Positions 53,743-63,497 of a stretch of DNA of 64,000 nt are shown here, piece by piece. The stretch lies in the NCBI GenBank assembly GCA_963666345.1, contig OY762721.1, positions 960,001 through 1,024,000 of the forward strand, in the 5' to 3' direction. The notes below the pieces were generated by a model. That model was given only the letters and a program-made list of their open reading frames with translations. It was not told the origin of the DNA and made no database searches. Position 1 is the stretch's first letter; every line of letters starts with the position of its first letter. The translations under genes and the position numbers were made by a program. The stretch comes from Desulfatiglandales bacterium (GTDB lineage Bacteria > Desulfobacterota > DSM-4660 > Desulfatiglandales > Desulfatiglandaceae).

Positions 53743-54501
53743 TTACATTCTGAAAAGCCTGCTTATCTCCTGCGCGGCCAGCCCTGTCTCATCTATCACA
53801 GAGGCCATCTTTTGATCATCAAGGCTTGCCTTGAAACCCACGACCCATATTGCGGTTGAAAAATGGGTCTGCCCGTCTACCGGGTAAACGACCGCGCGTA
53901 CGCCCGGCAGATATTCCTCGTAATCGGTTGCATATCCAAGCTTTCTTACCTTTTTTAGTTCCTCCAGATAGAGACCGGGATCGGTGATGGTGTTTTCCGT
54001 GTAACTTCTGAGACCCCTTTTTCTTATAAGCTCCTCCACCCTCTCTTTTTCCACCCGCGACAGAAACACCTTTCCTGTCGCACCCGCTAGAAGCGGCATG
54101 GTGGTTCCTACGGGTGATGTTATCTTCACGTCCTGGCGTGATTCCACCACATCTATTATAGTTACCCGGTCCCCGTTTTTTGCTCCAAGAAAAACCGATT
54201 CTTCCACCTTTTCCATCAGATCTTCCATCACGGGTCTTGCAAGGCCTGCGAGACTTGCCCGGCTGAAGGAGGCCTTTCCAAGTTCAAAAAGTGTGAGGCC
54301 CAGGGAAAATCTCTTTGAATCGAGATTTCTTACAAGGACGCCTTCCTCCTCGAGCCCTGCCGTGATTCCAGCGACCGTGCCCTTGCTCAGATCAAGGGCC
54401 CTTGAAATGTCGCTTATTCCAAGGCCGTTTTCAGAATCGGATATGAGCCTTAATATCTGAAACGCCTTTTTTACGGTGGGTGCCTGATAGGTCTTTTTCA
54501 T
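53743..54501 (-). CDS. IclR family transcriptional regulator
   Basis: APTVKKAFQIL wHTH; AGATGKVFL; GYATDYEEYLPGVRAV. Confidence 0.93.
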   Translation of the reverse strand: MKKTYQAPTVKKAFQILRLISDSENGLGISDISRALDLSKGTVAGITAGLEEEGVLVRNLDSKRFSLGLTLFELGKASFSRASLAGLARPVMEDLMEKVEESVFLGAKNGDRVTIIDVVESRQDVKITSPVGTTMPLLAGATGKVFLSRVEKERVEELIRKRGLRSYTENTITDPGLYLEELKKVRKLGYATDYEEYLPGVRAVVYPVDGQTHFSTAIWVVGFKASLDDQKMASVIDETGLAAQEISRLFRM

Positions 54502-54612
54502 CGTTCACCATGCTATACTTACGTCATAATCTAAGCGGGTTTTTAGTTCACCGCCCACCTATCTACCTTATGTCACAACGACAATAACTACTTATTTATA
54601 TGTATTTTTCGG

Positions 54613-54672
54613 TTGACATGCCCATTTTTTTCTGTATCATAGGCATCAATATTACTGTTCATTATAATGAAC
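54613..54672 (+). promoter_or_regulatory. Sigma70 promoter plus putative IclR operator for the hdrA operon
   Basis: TTGACA-16 nt-TATCAT; perfect palindrome GTTCATTATAATGAAC at 54657-54672. Confidence 0.7.
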
Positions 54673-54806
54673 TGTATTTCCTTTTGCAACAAAAAAGCGA
54701 CCACAAAACCAATCACATCAGGGGCGGCGAAGAAAAAGGTCCCGGATAAAAGGCCCTACATGATGCGCAGGCCGGACCTTTTACGAGCCGTCTAAAGAGG
54801 GCGACA

Positions 54807-57506
54807 TTGTCCACAAAGGCCGCACTTGTCATCGGCGGGGGGATAGCAGGCATTCAGGCATCGATTGATCTTGCCAACATGGGGATCAAGGTCTTTCTGC
54901 TTGAAAAGACCCCCAGCATAGGCGGGAGGATGGCCCAGCTCGACAAGACCTTTCCCACGAACGACTGCGCCATGTGCATCCTTGCACCCAAGATGATCGA
55001 GTGCGCAACTCACGAAAACATTGAGCTACTCACCTACTCGGAGCTTGTTGGTCTTACGGGTGAGGCGGGTGATTTCACGGCCACCGTGCTCAGGAAGGCC
55101 CGTTTTATCGATGAGGAAAAATGCGTGGGTTGCGGCGACTGCATAGAAGGCTGCCCCATCATCGTTTCCGACTCATTCAACGCGGGTCTTGGAGACAGAA
55201 AGGCCATATACAAATACTTTCCCCAGGCGGTTCCCTCAACATTCGCCATAGACAGGCGTGGCACCGCTCCCTGCAAGGCCGCCTGCCCTGCCCACATAAG
55301 CGTGCAGGGCTATGTCGCGCTCACGGCCCAGGGAAGGTACAGGGATGCGCTCAAGCTCATCAAAAAAGACAACCCGCTTCCCGCCATATGCGGCAGGGTG
55401 TGCCATCACCCGTGCGAATCGGTCTGCACAAGGGGGAACCTTGATGAGCCGGTTGCAATCGATTTCATAAAGCGCTTTGTGGCGGACCTTGATCTAAATT
55501 CGGAAACCCGCCATGTCCCACAGATAAAGGAACCTAGGGAGGAGCAAGTGGCCGTAATAGGCGCAGGGCCCGCAGGGCTTACCTGCGCCTATTACCTCGC
55601 CATCGAAGGTTACAGGGTCACGATCTTTGAGAAGCTCCCCGTTTCAGGAGGAATGCTCGCGGCAGGCATCCCCGAGTACCGGCTTCCCCGCAGCACAATA
55701 AACGCGGAAATAGAAGTCATAAAGGACCTGGGTGTGGAGATAAAAACGGGGGTCGAGATCGGAAAGGACGTCCAAATCCAGGAACTCAGGGAAAAGGGAT
55801 TCAAGGCCTTTTTTCTAGGCATTGGCTCACACCTCTGCCGCCTCCTCAATATCGAAGGTGAGGACCTTGAAGGCGTGACACCGGGGGTCGATTTTTTAAG
55901 GGATGTAAACCTGGGAAACAGGGTCGCCCTGGGAGATCACATCGCCGTGATCGGCGGCGGAAACGTTGCCATGGATGCCGTGCGCACGGCCAAACGCCTG
56001 GGCGCAAAAGACCCCTTTATCCTCTACAGAAGAAGCATGGAGGAGATGCCCGCAAACGAAGAGGAAATCGAGGAGTGCCTGGAGGAAGGAATTCGGATAA
56101 ACACCCTTACAAACCCTGTGCGGATTATCGGCAAACAGGGAAAGGCTACCGCGGTCGAGTGCGTAAAGATGGAGCTTGGGGAACCTGATGAAAGCGGCAG
56201 AAGGCGGCCGGCACCTATAGAGGGCTCAAACTTCACCATCCCTGTCGACGGTGTGATCCAGGCGATAGGCCAGCAGAGCGACTGGTCATGCCTCGGTCCT
56301 GAGTGCGCGTGCACGCTCAGCGAGCGGGGCACCATGAATGTTGATCCAGTGACCCTTCAAAGTGAAGACCCGGACATATTTGCGGGAGGGGATGCGGTAA
56401 CGGGACCCAGGACCGTAATAGAGGCGATCGCCGCCGGAAAGGATGCGGCAGTCTCCATCGACCGTTTCTTAAAGGGTACCGACTTGAGTGAAGGCCGGAT
56501 AAAACAGTGGAGCCCTGTCGAGGATATCGATCTTGAGGGATATGCAAAATCCCCCCGCCGGATAATGCCGAGGCTTTCTCCCCGGAAAAGGATAAAAAAC
56601 TTCAAGGAGGTGCAGCTCGGTTTTACCGAAGAGCAGGCACAGGAGGAGGCAAGGCGCTGCGTTTCCTGCGGAATATGCTCCGAGTGCTACTCCTGTATCA
56701 CGGCATGTAACGCCGGGGCCGTTGATTTTTCGCAGAAGGACCGTGAAATAGAGCTCAAGGTGGGATCGGTCGTGATGGCCACAGGCTTTGACCTCTATGA
56801 TGTGGCCCCACTTAAGGAGTACGGCTGGGGCACATACAGAAACGTCCTGACCGCCATGCAATTCGAAAGGATGATCTGCGCCTCAGGCCCCACGGGAGGC
56901 CACATAAAAAGACCCTCCGACGGTAAGGAGCCCAAGAGGCTTGCCTTTATCCAGTGCGTGGGCTCAAGGGACATAAGGCACAAAAACTACTGCTCTGCCG
57001 TCTGCTGCATGCACGCGACAAAAGAGGCGATCCTGGCCCATGAGCACTGCCCGGATCTTGAATCCACCATCTTTTACATGGACATGAGGGCGGTCGGCAA
57101 AGGCTTTCAGGAGTACGTTACAAGGGCAAAGGAGCAGTACGAAGTCAAATACATAAGGGCAAGGCCGGGCAAGGTAACAATCATTGAGCAGACCGAAAAT
57201 CCGGTCATCCACTATGACGACACGGTAAACAGGCAGTTAATAAAAGAGGAGTTCGACATGGTGATCCTTGCCCAGGCGCTCATCCCCTCGGAGAGTAACG
57301 CGGATATCGCTCAAAGTATGGGGGTCGAGCTTGACGATTCAGGTTTTGTCGCGACTCCGCAAAAGATCATCAACCCCTTCGGGACAAGCAGGGAGGGCAT
57401 CCTGGGGTGCGGGTTCTGCCAGTCGCCCATGGATGTGCCCGATTCCGTGGTAAGGGCGTCAGCCGCGGCATCAAAGGCGGCGGAGGTCCTCGCGGGCATC
57501 AAGTAG
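54807..57506 (+). CDS. HdrA-like flavoprotein with inserted GltD/NfnB-like NAD(P)-binding module (HdrL-type)
   Basis: GGGIAG; LDKTFPTNDCAMC; ferredoxin motif; APCKAACP...ICGRVCHHPCE, GAGPAG, GGGNVAMD; QCVGSRD...CSAVCC. Confidence 0.9.
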   Translation: MSTKAALVIGGGIAGIQASIDLANMGIKVFLLEKTPSIGGRMAQLDKTFPTNDCAMCILAPKMIECATHENIELLTYSELVGLTGEAGDFTATVLRKARFIDEEKCVGCGDCIEGCPIIVSDSFNAGLGDRKAIYKYFPQAVPSTFAIDRRGTAPCKAACPAHISVQGYVALTAQGRYRDALKLIKKDNPLPAICGRVCHHPCESVCTRGNLDEPVAIDFIKRFVADLDLNSETRHVPQIKEPREEQVAVIGAGPAGLTCAYYLAIEGYRVTIFEKLPVSGGMLAAGIPEYRLPRSTINAEIEVIKDLGVEIKTGVEIGKDVQIQELREKGFKAFFLGIGSHLCRLLNIEGEDLEGVTPGVDFLRDVNLGNRVALGDHIAVIGGGNVAMDAVRTAKRLGAKDPFILYRRSMEEMPANEEEIEECLEEGIRINTLTNPVRIIGKQGKATAVECVKMELGEPDESGRRRPAPIEGSNFTIPVDGVIQAIGQQSDWSCLGPECACTLSERGTMNVDPVTLQSEDPDIFAGGDAVTGPRTVIEAIAAGKDAAVSIDRFLKGTDLSEGRIKQWSPVEDIDLEGYAKSPRRIMPRLSPRKRIKNFKEVQLGFTEEQAQEEARRCVSCGICSECYSCITACNAGAVDFSQKDREIELKVGSVVMATGFDLYDVAPLKEYGWGTYRNVLTAMQFERMICASGPTGGHIKRPSDGKEPKRLAFIQCVGSRDIRHKNYCSAVCCMHATKEAILAHEHCPDLESTIFYMDMRAVGKGFQEYVTRAKEQYEVKYIRARPGKVTIIEQTENPVIHYDDTVNRQLIKEEFDMVILAQALIPSESNADIAQSMGVELDDSGFVATPQKIINPFGTSREGILGCGFCQSPMDVPDSVVRASAAASKAAEVLAGIK

Positions 57507-57520
57507 AGGGAAGCTTAATC

Positions 57521-59224
57521 ATGGCCATACGGATAGGCGTATTTGTCTGCCACTGCGGCACCAACATAGGGGGCACGGTAAACGTGCCCGATGTGGTGGA
57601 ATACGCCCGCACCATCCCCAACGTGGCATGGGCCGAGGGGAACCTCTACACCTGCTCCGAAGACGGCCTTTCCTCCATAAGGCAGCAGATAAGGGAAAAG
57701 GATCTTAACCGGGTGGTGGTCGCCTCATGCACCCCGCGAACCCATGAACCCCTTTTCAGGGGAAACTGCGAGGCGGGAGGGCTCAACAAGTACCTGTTCG
57801 AGTTCGTAAACTTAAGGGAGCACTGCTCCTGGGTCCACATGGGGAAAAAGGAAGATGCCACAGAAAAGGCAAAAGACCTTGTGCGCATGGGTGTCGCCAA
57901 GGTGGCCCTTTTAAGCCCGCTTGAGGATATCTCATCCGATGTGATCCCGGCGGTCCTTGTGCTCGGAGGCGGTATCACCGGTCTTTCATCCGCCATCACA
58001 CTGGCCAACCAGGGCTACCGCGTGGAACTCGTGGATAAGGCGGAAAGGCTCGGAGGCCTTTTAAGGGATGTAAACAGGATATTTCCGACCGATGATCCGA
58101 CATCAATGCTCCTTGACCCGCTTATAGAATCAGCCGTGAATCATGAAAACATCAACCTCCACCTTGAAACGGAACTTTCGGATGTAAAGGGCTTTATAGG
58201 AAACTTTGAGGTCGGGCTTAAAAAAAAGGGAACGGAAAAAGAGGCAAAGGTCGGGACCATAATCATCGCGACAGGGGCTCAGGAGCTCACCCCCACCGGC
58301 ATGTTTGGATATGACGAATTCGCAAACGTCATGCCCCAGCTTGAGTTTGAAAAAATGTCCAGGCACGGCCTTGAAGGAACCGGGCATGTAGTGATGATTA
58401 ACTGCGTGGGCGCGCGCATTGAGGAGAGAAGCTACTGCGGGAGGTTCTGCTGCATTACGGGGATGAAAAACGCAATGCTGATAAAGGATAAAACCGGGGC
58501 CGAGGTCACCATACTTCAAAGGGACATAATGGCCTGCGGAAAGACCTTTGAAGAATATTACCGGAAGGCGCTCAAGGCGGGCATAAGGTTTCTGAGATAC
58601 AGCCCTGACAGACCGCCGAAGGTAAAGGGCGCAAAAGGCAGGGCGTCTTCGGTTCATGTCTATCACGAGCTCATGGGAAAAGACATGGAACTTCCCGTGG
58701 ACCTTGTGGTCCTTACCACACCCCTTGTACCGAGAAAGGAAAACCTGCAGTTATCGCGCATGCTCAAGGTCCCTGTGGGAGGTGAAGGCTTTTTCCTTGA
58801 GGCCCACCAGAAGCTGAGGCCAGTCGAGTTTCCCACGGACGGAATCTATCTTGCCGGATGCGCGAGATACCCCGCCGAGATCGCCGAGTGCGTCGCCCAG
58901 GGCTACGCGGCCGCCGCAAAGGCCGCGGCCCCCATGTCAAAGGGGGTCGTGATAAGTGACGCCTTCACCTCCGAGATAACGCCTCAGCTCTGCTCTGCCT
59001 GCGGAAGGTGCATAGAGCTGTGCCCGTTCAAGGCGGTGGACTGGGCCGAGGCAAAAACCGCGGCGGGAGTAACGCGGAAGGTGGCCGTGATAAATCAGAC
59101 CGAGTGCAAGGGCTGCGGGCTCTGTGTTTCCTCCTGCTTAAGCGGGGCCATACAGCTCAAGGGTTTTACCGACCGGGAGATCCTGGCCATGGTGGACAAC
59201 GTCATGAATCTGAGCATGGGCTGA
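57521..59224 (+). CDS. HdrA-like flavoprotein (second)
   Basis: IGVFVCHCGTNI, ASCTPRTHE, NLREHCSWVH, NCVGAR..CGRFCC, EAHQKLRP, two C-terminal ferredoxin motifs. Confidence 0.92.
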   Translation: MAIRIGVFVCHCGTNIGGTVNVPDVVEYARTIPNVAWAEGNLYTCSEDGLSSIRQQIREKDLNRVVVASCTPRTHEPLFRGNCEAGGLNKYLFEFVNLREHCSWVHMGKKEDATEKAKDLVRMGVAKVALLSPLEDISSDVIPAVLVLGGGITGLSSAITLANQGYRVELVDKAERLGGLLRDVNRIFPTDDPTSMLLDPLIESAVNHENINLHLETELSDVKGFIGNFEVGLKKKGTEKEAKVGTIIIATGAQELTPTGMFGYDEFANVMPQLEFEKMSRHGLEGTGHVVMINCVGARIEERSYCGRFCCITGMKNAMLIKDKTGAEVTILQRDIMACGKTFEEYYRKALKAGIRFLRYSPDRPPKVKGAKGRASSVHVYHELMGKDMELPVDLVVLTTPLVPRKENLQLSRMLKVPVGGEGFFLEAHQKLRPVEFPTDGIYLAGCARYPAEIAECVAQGYAAAAKAAAPMSKGVVISDAFTSEITPQLCSACGRCIELCPFKAVDWAEAKTAAGVTRKVAVINQTECKGCGLCVSSCLSGAIQLKGFTDREILAMVDNVMNLSMG

Positions 59225-59448
59225 TAAGACCTTGTATCGAAGAACCGGGTTGTGGCTTTATCCCCCTCCCCTTTATACCCTCCCGCCGGGGGAGGGTAAT
59301 AAAAGTGGTCCCCCACAATGGGGAGGGGAATAAAAGTTGCCGTCCCGGCGGGAGACGAGGATATAAACTCTTCTCCTGCCGGGGAGAAAAGCAGGAAGCA
59401 AGATAAGGATTCTTTTTGATCCGCTTGAGGTAATCATCAGACTTAACC

Positions 59449-59973
59449 ATGGAAAAGCTCGAAAAAACAGACAGGCCGGATAAAAACGCCATATCAGAGG
59501 AACTCAAGGGGATAGTAGAAAGGCGGGGCCTGCACCTCTGTCTTGAGTGCGGCAAGTGCTCGGCCGTCTGCCCCATGCTCGATTTCTACGGAGAGTACAA
59601 CTACGAGCGCTCGCCAAGGGGAGTGGTGGAACGGATCCTGTTTGATCCTGAAGTCTTCAGCGGGGAGGCCCTTTGGTACTGTCTCACATGCAGGGAGTGC
59701 ACGGCACTGTGTCCGTCCGGGATAGACTTTCAGGACTTCATGATGGAGCTGAGGCAGCTCCTCATAAGGCACGGGCACACGGAGCACGCCTTATTCTGCG
59801 ATATCTGCGGCGCGTACATAATGCCAAAAAGGGAACTGGAACAGCTTGAGAAAATGCCTGAAGGTAAAAACACTGGGGAACTTATCAGGGTCTGCGAGAA
59901 ATGCAAGAAGGACAGACACGCAAGGCTGCTTCGCAGGGTGGCGCATGCGTCCAAGAGCAAAGGCGAACTTTAA
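59449..59973 (+). CDS. HdrC-like 4Fe-4S dicluster protein with C-terminal CxxC..CxxC
   Basis: CLECGKCSAVCP, WYCLTCRECTALCP, CDIC, CEKC. Confidence 0.85.
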   Translation: MEKLEKTDRPDKNAISEELKGIVERRGLHLCLECGKCSAVCPMLDFYGEYNYERSPRGVVERILFDPEVFSGEALWYCLTCRECTALCPSGIDFQDFMMELRQLLIRHGHTEHALFCDICGAYIMPKRELEQLEKMPEGKNTGELIRVCEKCKKDRHARLLRRVAHASKSKGEL

Positions 59974-60127
59974 GAGGTCATATGAAAAATTGTATTACGG
60001 ACACCTGTGTGTCCAAGTCGGGAATGAGAAATTATGTCCAGGATCAGCGAGTTCAAACGATTGTGCAGATTGACGAAGATATTGGGCAAAATGGCCGTTT
60101 CCGAATAGCTACAACAAGGAGGATCTC

Positions 60128-60400
60128 ATGGTAATTGAAAAGGACAAGGCTTCAGCCGCCGAAACACTTCGAAAGACAAGAACTTACGGCAAGTTCAGGT
60201 GCCACAACCCGAGCTGCATGGGAAGACTTCAGCCCACGGCGGGCGCGGAACAGGTCAAATGCCCCATATGCGGCATGGAATTCCGGGTCCACTGGATAAA
60301 GCCCGATTTTCCCAGGATAAGGGGGCCGGTATGGGAGACGAACAAAAAACTTGCCGAGGCAGCCCTGGCCAAACTGGAAAAGGAGTCATCTTCTGAATAA
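60128..60400 (+). CDS. Small zinc-ribbon-like protein
   Basis: CHNPSC...CPIC; AAGGAGG RBS. Confidence 0.8.
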   Translation: MVIEKDKASAAETLRKTRTYGKFRCHNPSCMGRLQPTAGAEQVKCPICGMEFRVHWIKPDFPRIRGPVWETNKKLAEAALAKLEKESSSE

Positions 60401-60617
60401 GGATTCTCCATCACGGCTCAATAATGAGTTTTTATTTATTTGAGCAGATGCGAATCCACAGGGTTTGAGAGACCGGACACAGGGAATAAAGGCAAAATTC
60501 TCAAATAATCGCCTGAATCCTAGACCCCTTGAATCCTTGGCCCCTTGGCTCTTTAAACCCTTGCCCCCTCTTCTTCAACCCAGTTGAAGAAGAACCCAAC
60601 AAAAGGAGGTAAATGAT

Positions 60618-62558
60618 ATGGCCTTAAACAGAAAGATCGCCTATATCGATCTTACCACAGGTAAGATCGAAACCCGACCGATACCGCTTGAAGTGAGAAA
60701 AAAATTCCTCGGAGGAAGGGGCCTTGATGCCTACCTCCTCTACAATCATACCAAAAAGGGGTGCGACCCCTTAGGTCCCGACAACACACTCCTTGTAAGC
60801 GGAGGGATACTTACCGCAACCTGCGCCTCGGCAACGGCAAGAACCCATGTCATGGCCAAGAGTCCTCTTACCGGGCTGCTCGGAAGCGCCAACATGGGGG
60901 GATTTTTCGCACCCGAGCTGGCATGGGCGGGTTTTCATCATCTGGTCATAAAAGGTAAGGCCGAAAAGCCCGTATACCTGTTCATTCATGACGGTGAGAT
61001 AGAGATAAGGGACGCGGCGGCTCTTATGGGCAAAACCACGACCGAGACCCAGTGGGCGATAAGGAAGGAGCTGGGAGACGAGGACATAAAGAGCATGGTG
61101 ATAGGGCCTGCCGGAGAAAACCTTGTGCGATTTGCGAACGTCATGACGGGCATAAAGAACTCCGGGGGAAGGACCGGCATGGGTGCCGTGATGGGTTCAA
61201 AGAACCTCAAGGCCGTATCGGTCCGCGGCACCATGGATATAAAAATCGCGCACCCGGTGGACGCGCTGGAATTCAACAAGAAATTCATAGACCAGATAAC
61301 GAGCGCCAAGGTCAATCAGACCCAGGGCACACTCGGGACCCCCTTTATCTGGGGTGCCACCAACTCCTGGGGCGGGATAAGGACAAGGAACTTTCAATAC
61401 AATCAGTGCGAATATGCAGACGACATAGAGCCTGAGAGGATAGACGAGATCTGCGAAGAAACCATGGGGCCCTATCACATGACAGGCTGCTTCGGCTGTC
61501 AGGTCCACTGCAGGGCCCAGTACAAGATCCCCTCGGGACCGTACGCGGGAAAATATGACGAAGGCCCCGAATACACCTCCCAGGGGGCCTTCGGCGGGGA
61601 GCCAGACTGCAAAAGCGCGGTTACCGTGCTTACCGGTAACCACCTGGTGGACCAGTTCGGCATGGACAACCTGGAAACGGGCAGCATCATATCGTGGGCC
61701 ATGGAACTCTACGAGCTGGGGATACTCACGAGCAAGGAGACCGACGGCCTGGATCTCAAGTTCGGAAACGACGAGGCCCTGCTCGAGATGGTGGAACGCA
61801 TCTGCTACAGAAAGGGCTGGCTCGGCGACACCCTGGCCGACGGGGGCATCCCGGCCTCGGAGAAGATAGGTAAAAAATCCTTTGATTACCTCATACAGGT
61901 AAAGGGTATGAGCAATCTCCACTCCGATGAAAGGGGCACCCCGGCCCTGGCGCTCAATATCGCCACCTCATCCAGGGGATCGGATCACTTGAGGAGCAGG
62001 CCCGCCATCGATCTCTATCACCTGCCGGAGGAGGTCTTAAGAAAGATCTACGGAAACCCCGTTCCCTATGACGGCCCGCTCAGCAGCGAGCATACCTCAT
62101 ACGAAGGAAAGGCCTGGGAGGTATTCTGGCAGGAAAACTGCTACATGGGGGTCGACTGCCTCGGCATATGCAAGTACCACACAACGTTTCTGGGCGCCAC
62201 ACTTCCGAACTTCGAGGACTGGTCAAAGGTGATCTATTACAACACCGGCCTTGAGATGACGCCCAGGGAGATATGGGATGTGGCTGAAAGGTGCAACAAC
62301 CTGGAAAGGCTCTTCAACCTGAGAGAAGGACTCACCAGGGACGACCTCAAAAAGGGAGACACCCTCAACCACAGGTATTTTGACGAGCCGTGCAGAAGGG
62401 GTGCCCCGGATGTGATAGGCGCCCACATAGACAGGGAAAAATTCACCAGGATGGTGGACGAGTTCTACGAGCACCACGGCTGGGATGAAAACGGCGTGCC
62501 CACCGCCGGGACATTAGAAAGGATGGGGCTTGAAAAAGAGCCCTCCCATCTGATTTAA
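60618..62558 (+). CDS. Aldehyde:ferredoxin oxidoreductase family (tungstopterin) protein
   Basis: LGGRG, KSPLTG, IGPAGEN, GRTGMGAVMGSKNLKA, CFGCQVHC, GPEY, DQFGMD and DCLGIC. Confidence 0.94.
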   Translation: MALNRKIAYIDLTTGKIETRPIPLEVRKKFLGGRGLDAYLLYNHTKKGCDPLGPDNTLLVSGGILTATCASATARTHVMAKSPLTGLLGSANMGGFFAPELAWAGFHHLVIKGKAEKPVYLFIHDGEIEIRDAAALMGKTTTETQWAIRKELGDEDIKSMVIGPAGENLVRFANVMTGIKNSGGRTGMGAVMGSKNLKAVSVRGTMDIKIAHPVDALEFNKKFIDQITSAKVNQTQGTLGTPFIWGATNSWGGIRTRNFQYNQCEYADDIEPERIDEICEETMGPYHMTGCFGCQVHCRAQYKIPSGPYAGKYDEGPEYTSQGAFGGEPDCKSAVTVLTGNHLVDQFGMDNLETGSIISWAMELYELGILTSKETDGLDLKFGNDEALLEMVERICYRKGWLGDTLADGGIPASEKIGKKSFDYLIQVKGMSNLHSDERGTPALALNIATSSRGSDHLRSRPAIDLYHLPEEVLRKIYGNPVPYDGPLSSEHTSYEGKAWEVFWQENCYMGVDCLGICKYHTTFLGATLPNFEDWSKVIYYNTGLEMTPREIWDVAERCNNLERLFNLREGLTRDDLKKGDTLNHRYFDEPCRRGAPDVIGAHIDREKFTRMVDEFYEHHGWDENGVPTAGTLERMGLEKEPSHLI

Positions 62559-62580
62559 ACAGGCTTCAAGGAGACAGAAC

Positions 62581-63081
62581 ATGGAAAAGATCCTGATGAT
62601 AAATTATGAAAAATGCACCGGCTGCCGTCTCTGCGAACTGGTCTGCTCGGTGATGCATGACGGCATATCAAATCCCGCCAGAAGCAGGATAAAGGTTATG
62701 AAATGGGAGCAGGAGGGCCTCTACATCCCCATGACATGCCAGCAGTGCGAAGACGCCCCCTGCATGAATGTGTGTCCTGTCAAGGCGATAAGCCGCGACG
62801 GGGATCTGGGATTCGTGATGGTGGACTATGACGTGTGCATAGGCTGCCGCACCTGCGTTGCCGTGTGCCCCTTCGGGGCCATGAACTACAACAGGACAGA
62901 CAAGAAGGTCTTCAAATGCGACCTGTGCGGAGGGGACCCTCAGTGCGTGAGGTTCTGCGAGGTAAAGGCCATAGAATATGTAAAGGCTGACGACATCAGC
63001 ATATACAAAAAAAAGGGCGCGGCCGAAAGGCTTCACGCCGCCCAGAAGACCGCGTCGGCACTTCAGACGGCAGCTGCATAG
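62581..63081 (+). CDS. 4x[4Fe-4S] electron-transfer subunit (DmsB/HycB-like)
   Basis: CTGCRLCELVC, CQQC..APCMNVCP, CIGCRTCVAVCP, KCDLC..PQCVRFC. Confidence 0.92.
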   Translation: MEKILMINYEKCTGCRLCELVCSVMHDGISNPARSRIKVMKWEQEGLYIPMTCQQCEDAPCMNVCPVKAISRDGDLGFVMVDYDVCIGCRTCVAVCPFGAMNYNRTDKKVFKCDLCGGDPQCVRFCEVKAIEYVKADDISIYKKKGAAERLHAAQKTASALQTAAA

Positions 63082-63140
63082 GCAGGGCTTATAATGCCTG
63101 AAGTGAGCTAAAGCGACTCCACAATTTCAGGCACCTTTAA

Positions 63141-63215
63141 CTTTAGTCACTTTCAACTCTAGGCACTTTAGTCACTTTTAACTCTAGGCACTTTAGTCAC
63201 TTTCAACTTTAGGCA
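63141..63215. repeat. 25-bp tandem repeat x3 between convergent genes
   Basis: CTTTAGTCACTTTYAACTYTAGGCA at 63141, 63166 and 63191. Confidence 0.85.
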
Positions 63216-63224
63216 CTCATGTCC

Positions 63225-63497
63225 CTATCCCCCTGCGATCATGAGGGTCAGATGTATCTCATCGCCCTCTTTTACCGCCTTGCTCAGTTCGTCCGGATAG
63301 GCGCTTTCAAGGTTGAGATATACCTCTATCACCTTCTTGAGGCCCCCCTTGTCGTCAAAAAGGGCCTTTTTAAGCCCTGGATAAAGGCAGACAAGATACT
63401 GGAGGCACTGGCCGACAGTGCCTCCTTCCGCATATACATCCTTTTTCCCATCCGTATGCTGCCTGTGTGTCTTGTGGATATGGACCTTGACACTCAC
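63225..63497 (-). CDS. MoaD/ThiS family sulfur carrier
   Basis: Ubiquitin-like size, C-terminal IAGG; GTG start with GGAGG RBS. Confidence 0.9.
   Translation of the reverse strand: MSVKVHIHKTHRQHTDGKKDVYAEGGTVGQCLQYLVCLYPGLKKALFDDKGGLKKVIEVYLNLESAYPDELSKAVKEGDEIHLTLMIAGG

Noticed and set aside
60618..62558. AOR as class II benzoyl-CoA reductase BamB
   Set aside because: It has the GPEY and DxxG(M/I) motifs of conventional AORs, and no bamD/bamF-like genes are adjacent. Only a phylogeny can fully exclude it.
63141..63215. 25-bp repeats as a CRISPR array
   Set aside because: Units are head-to-tail with no unique spacers and no cas genes nearby.
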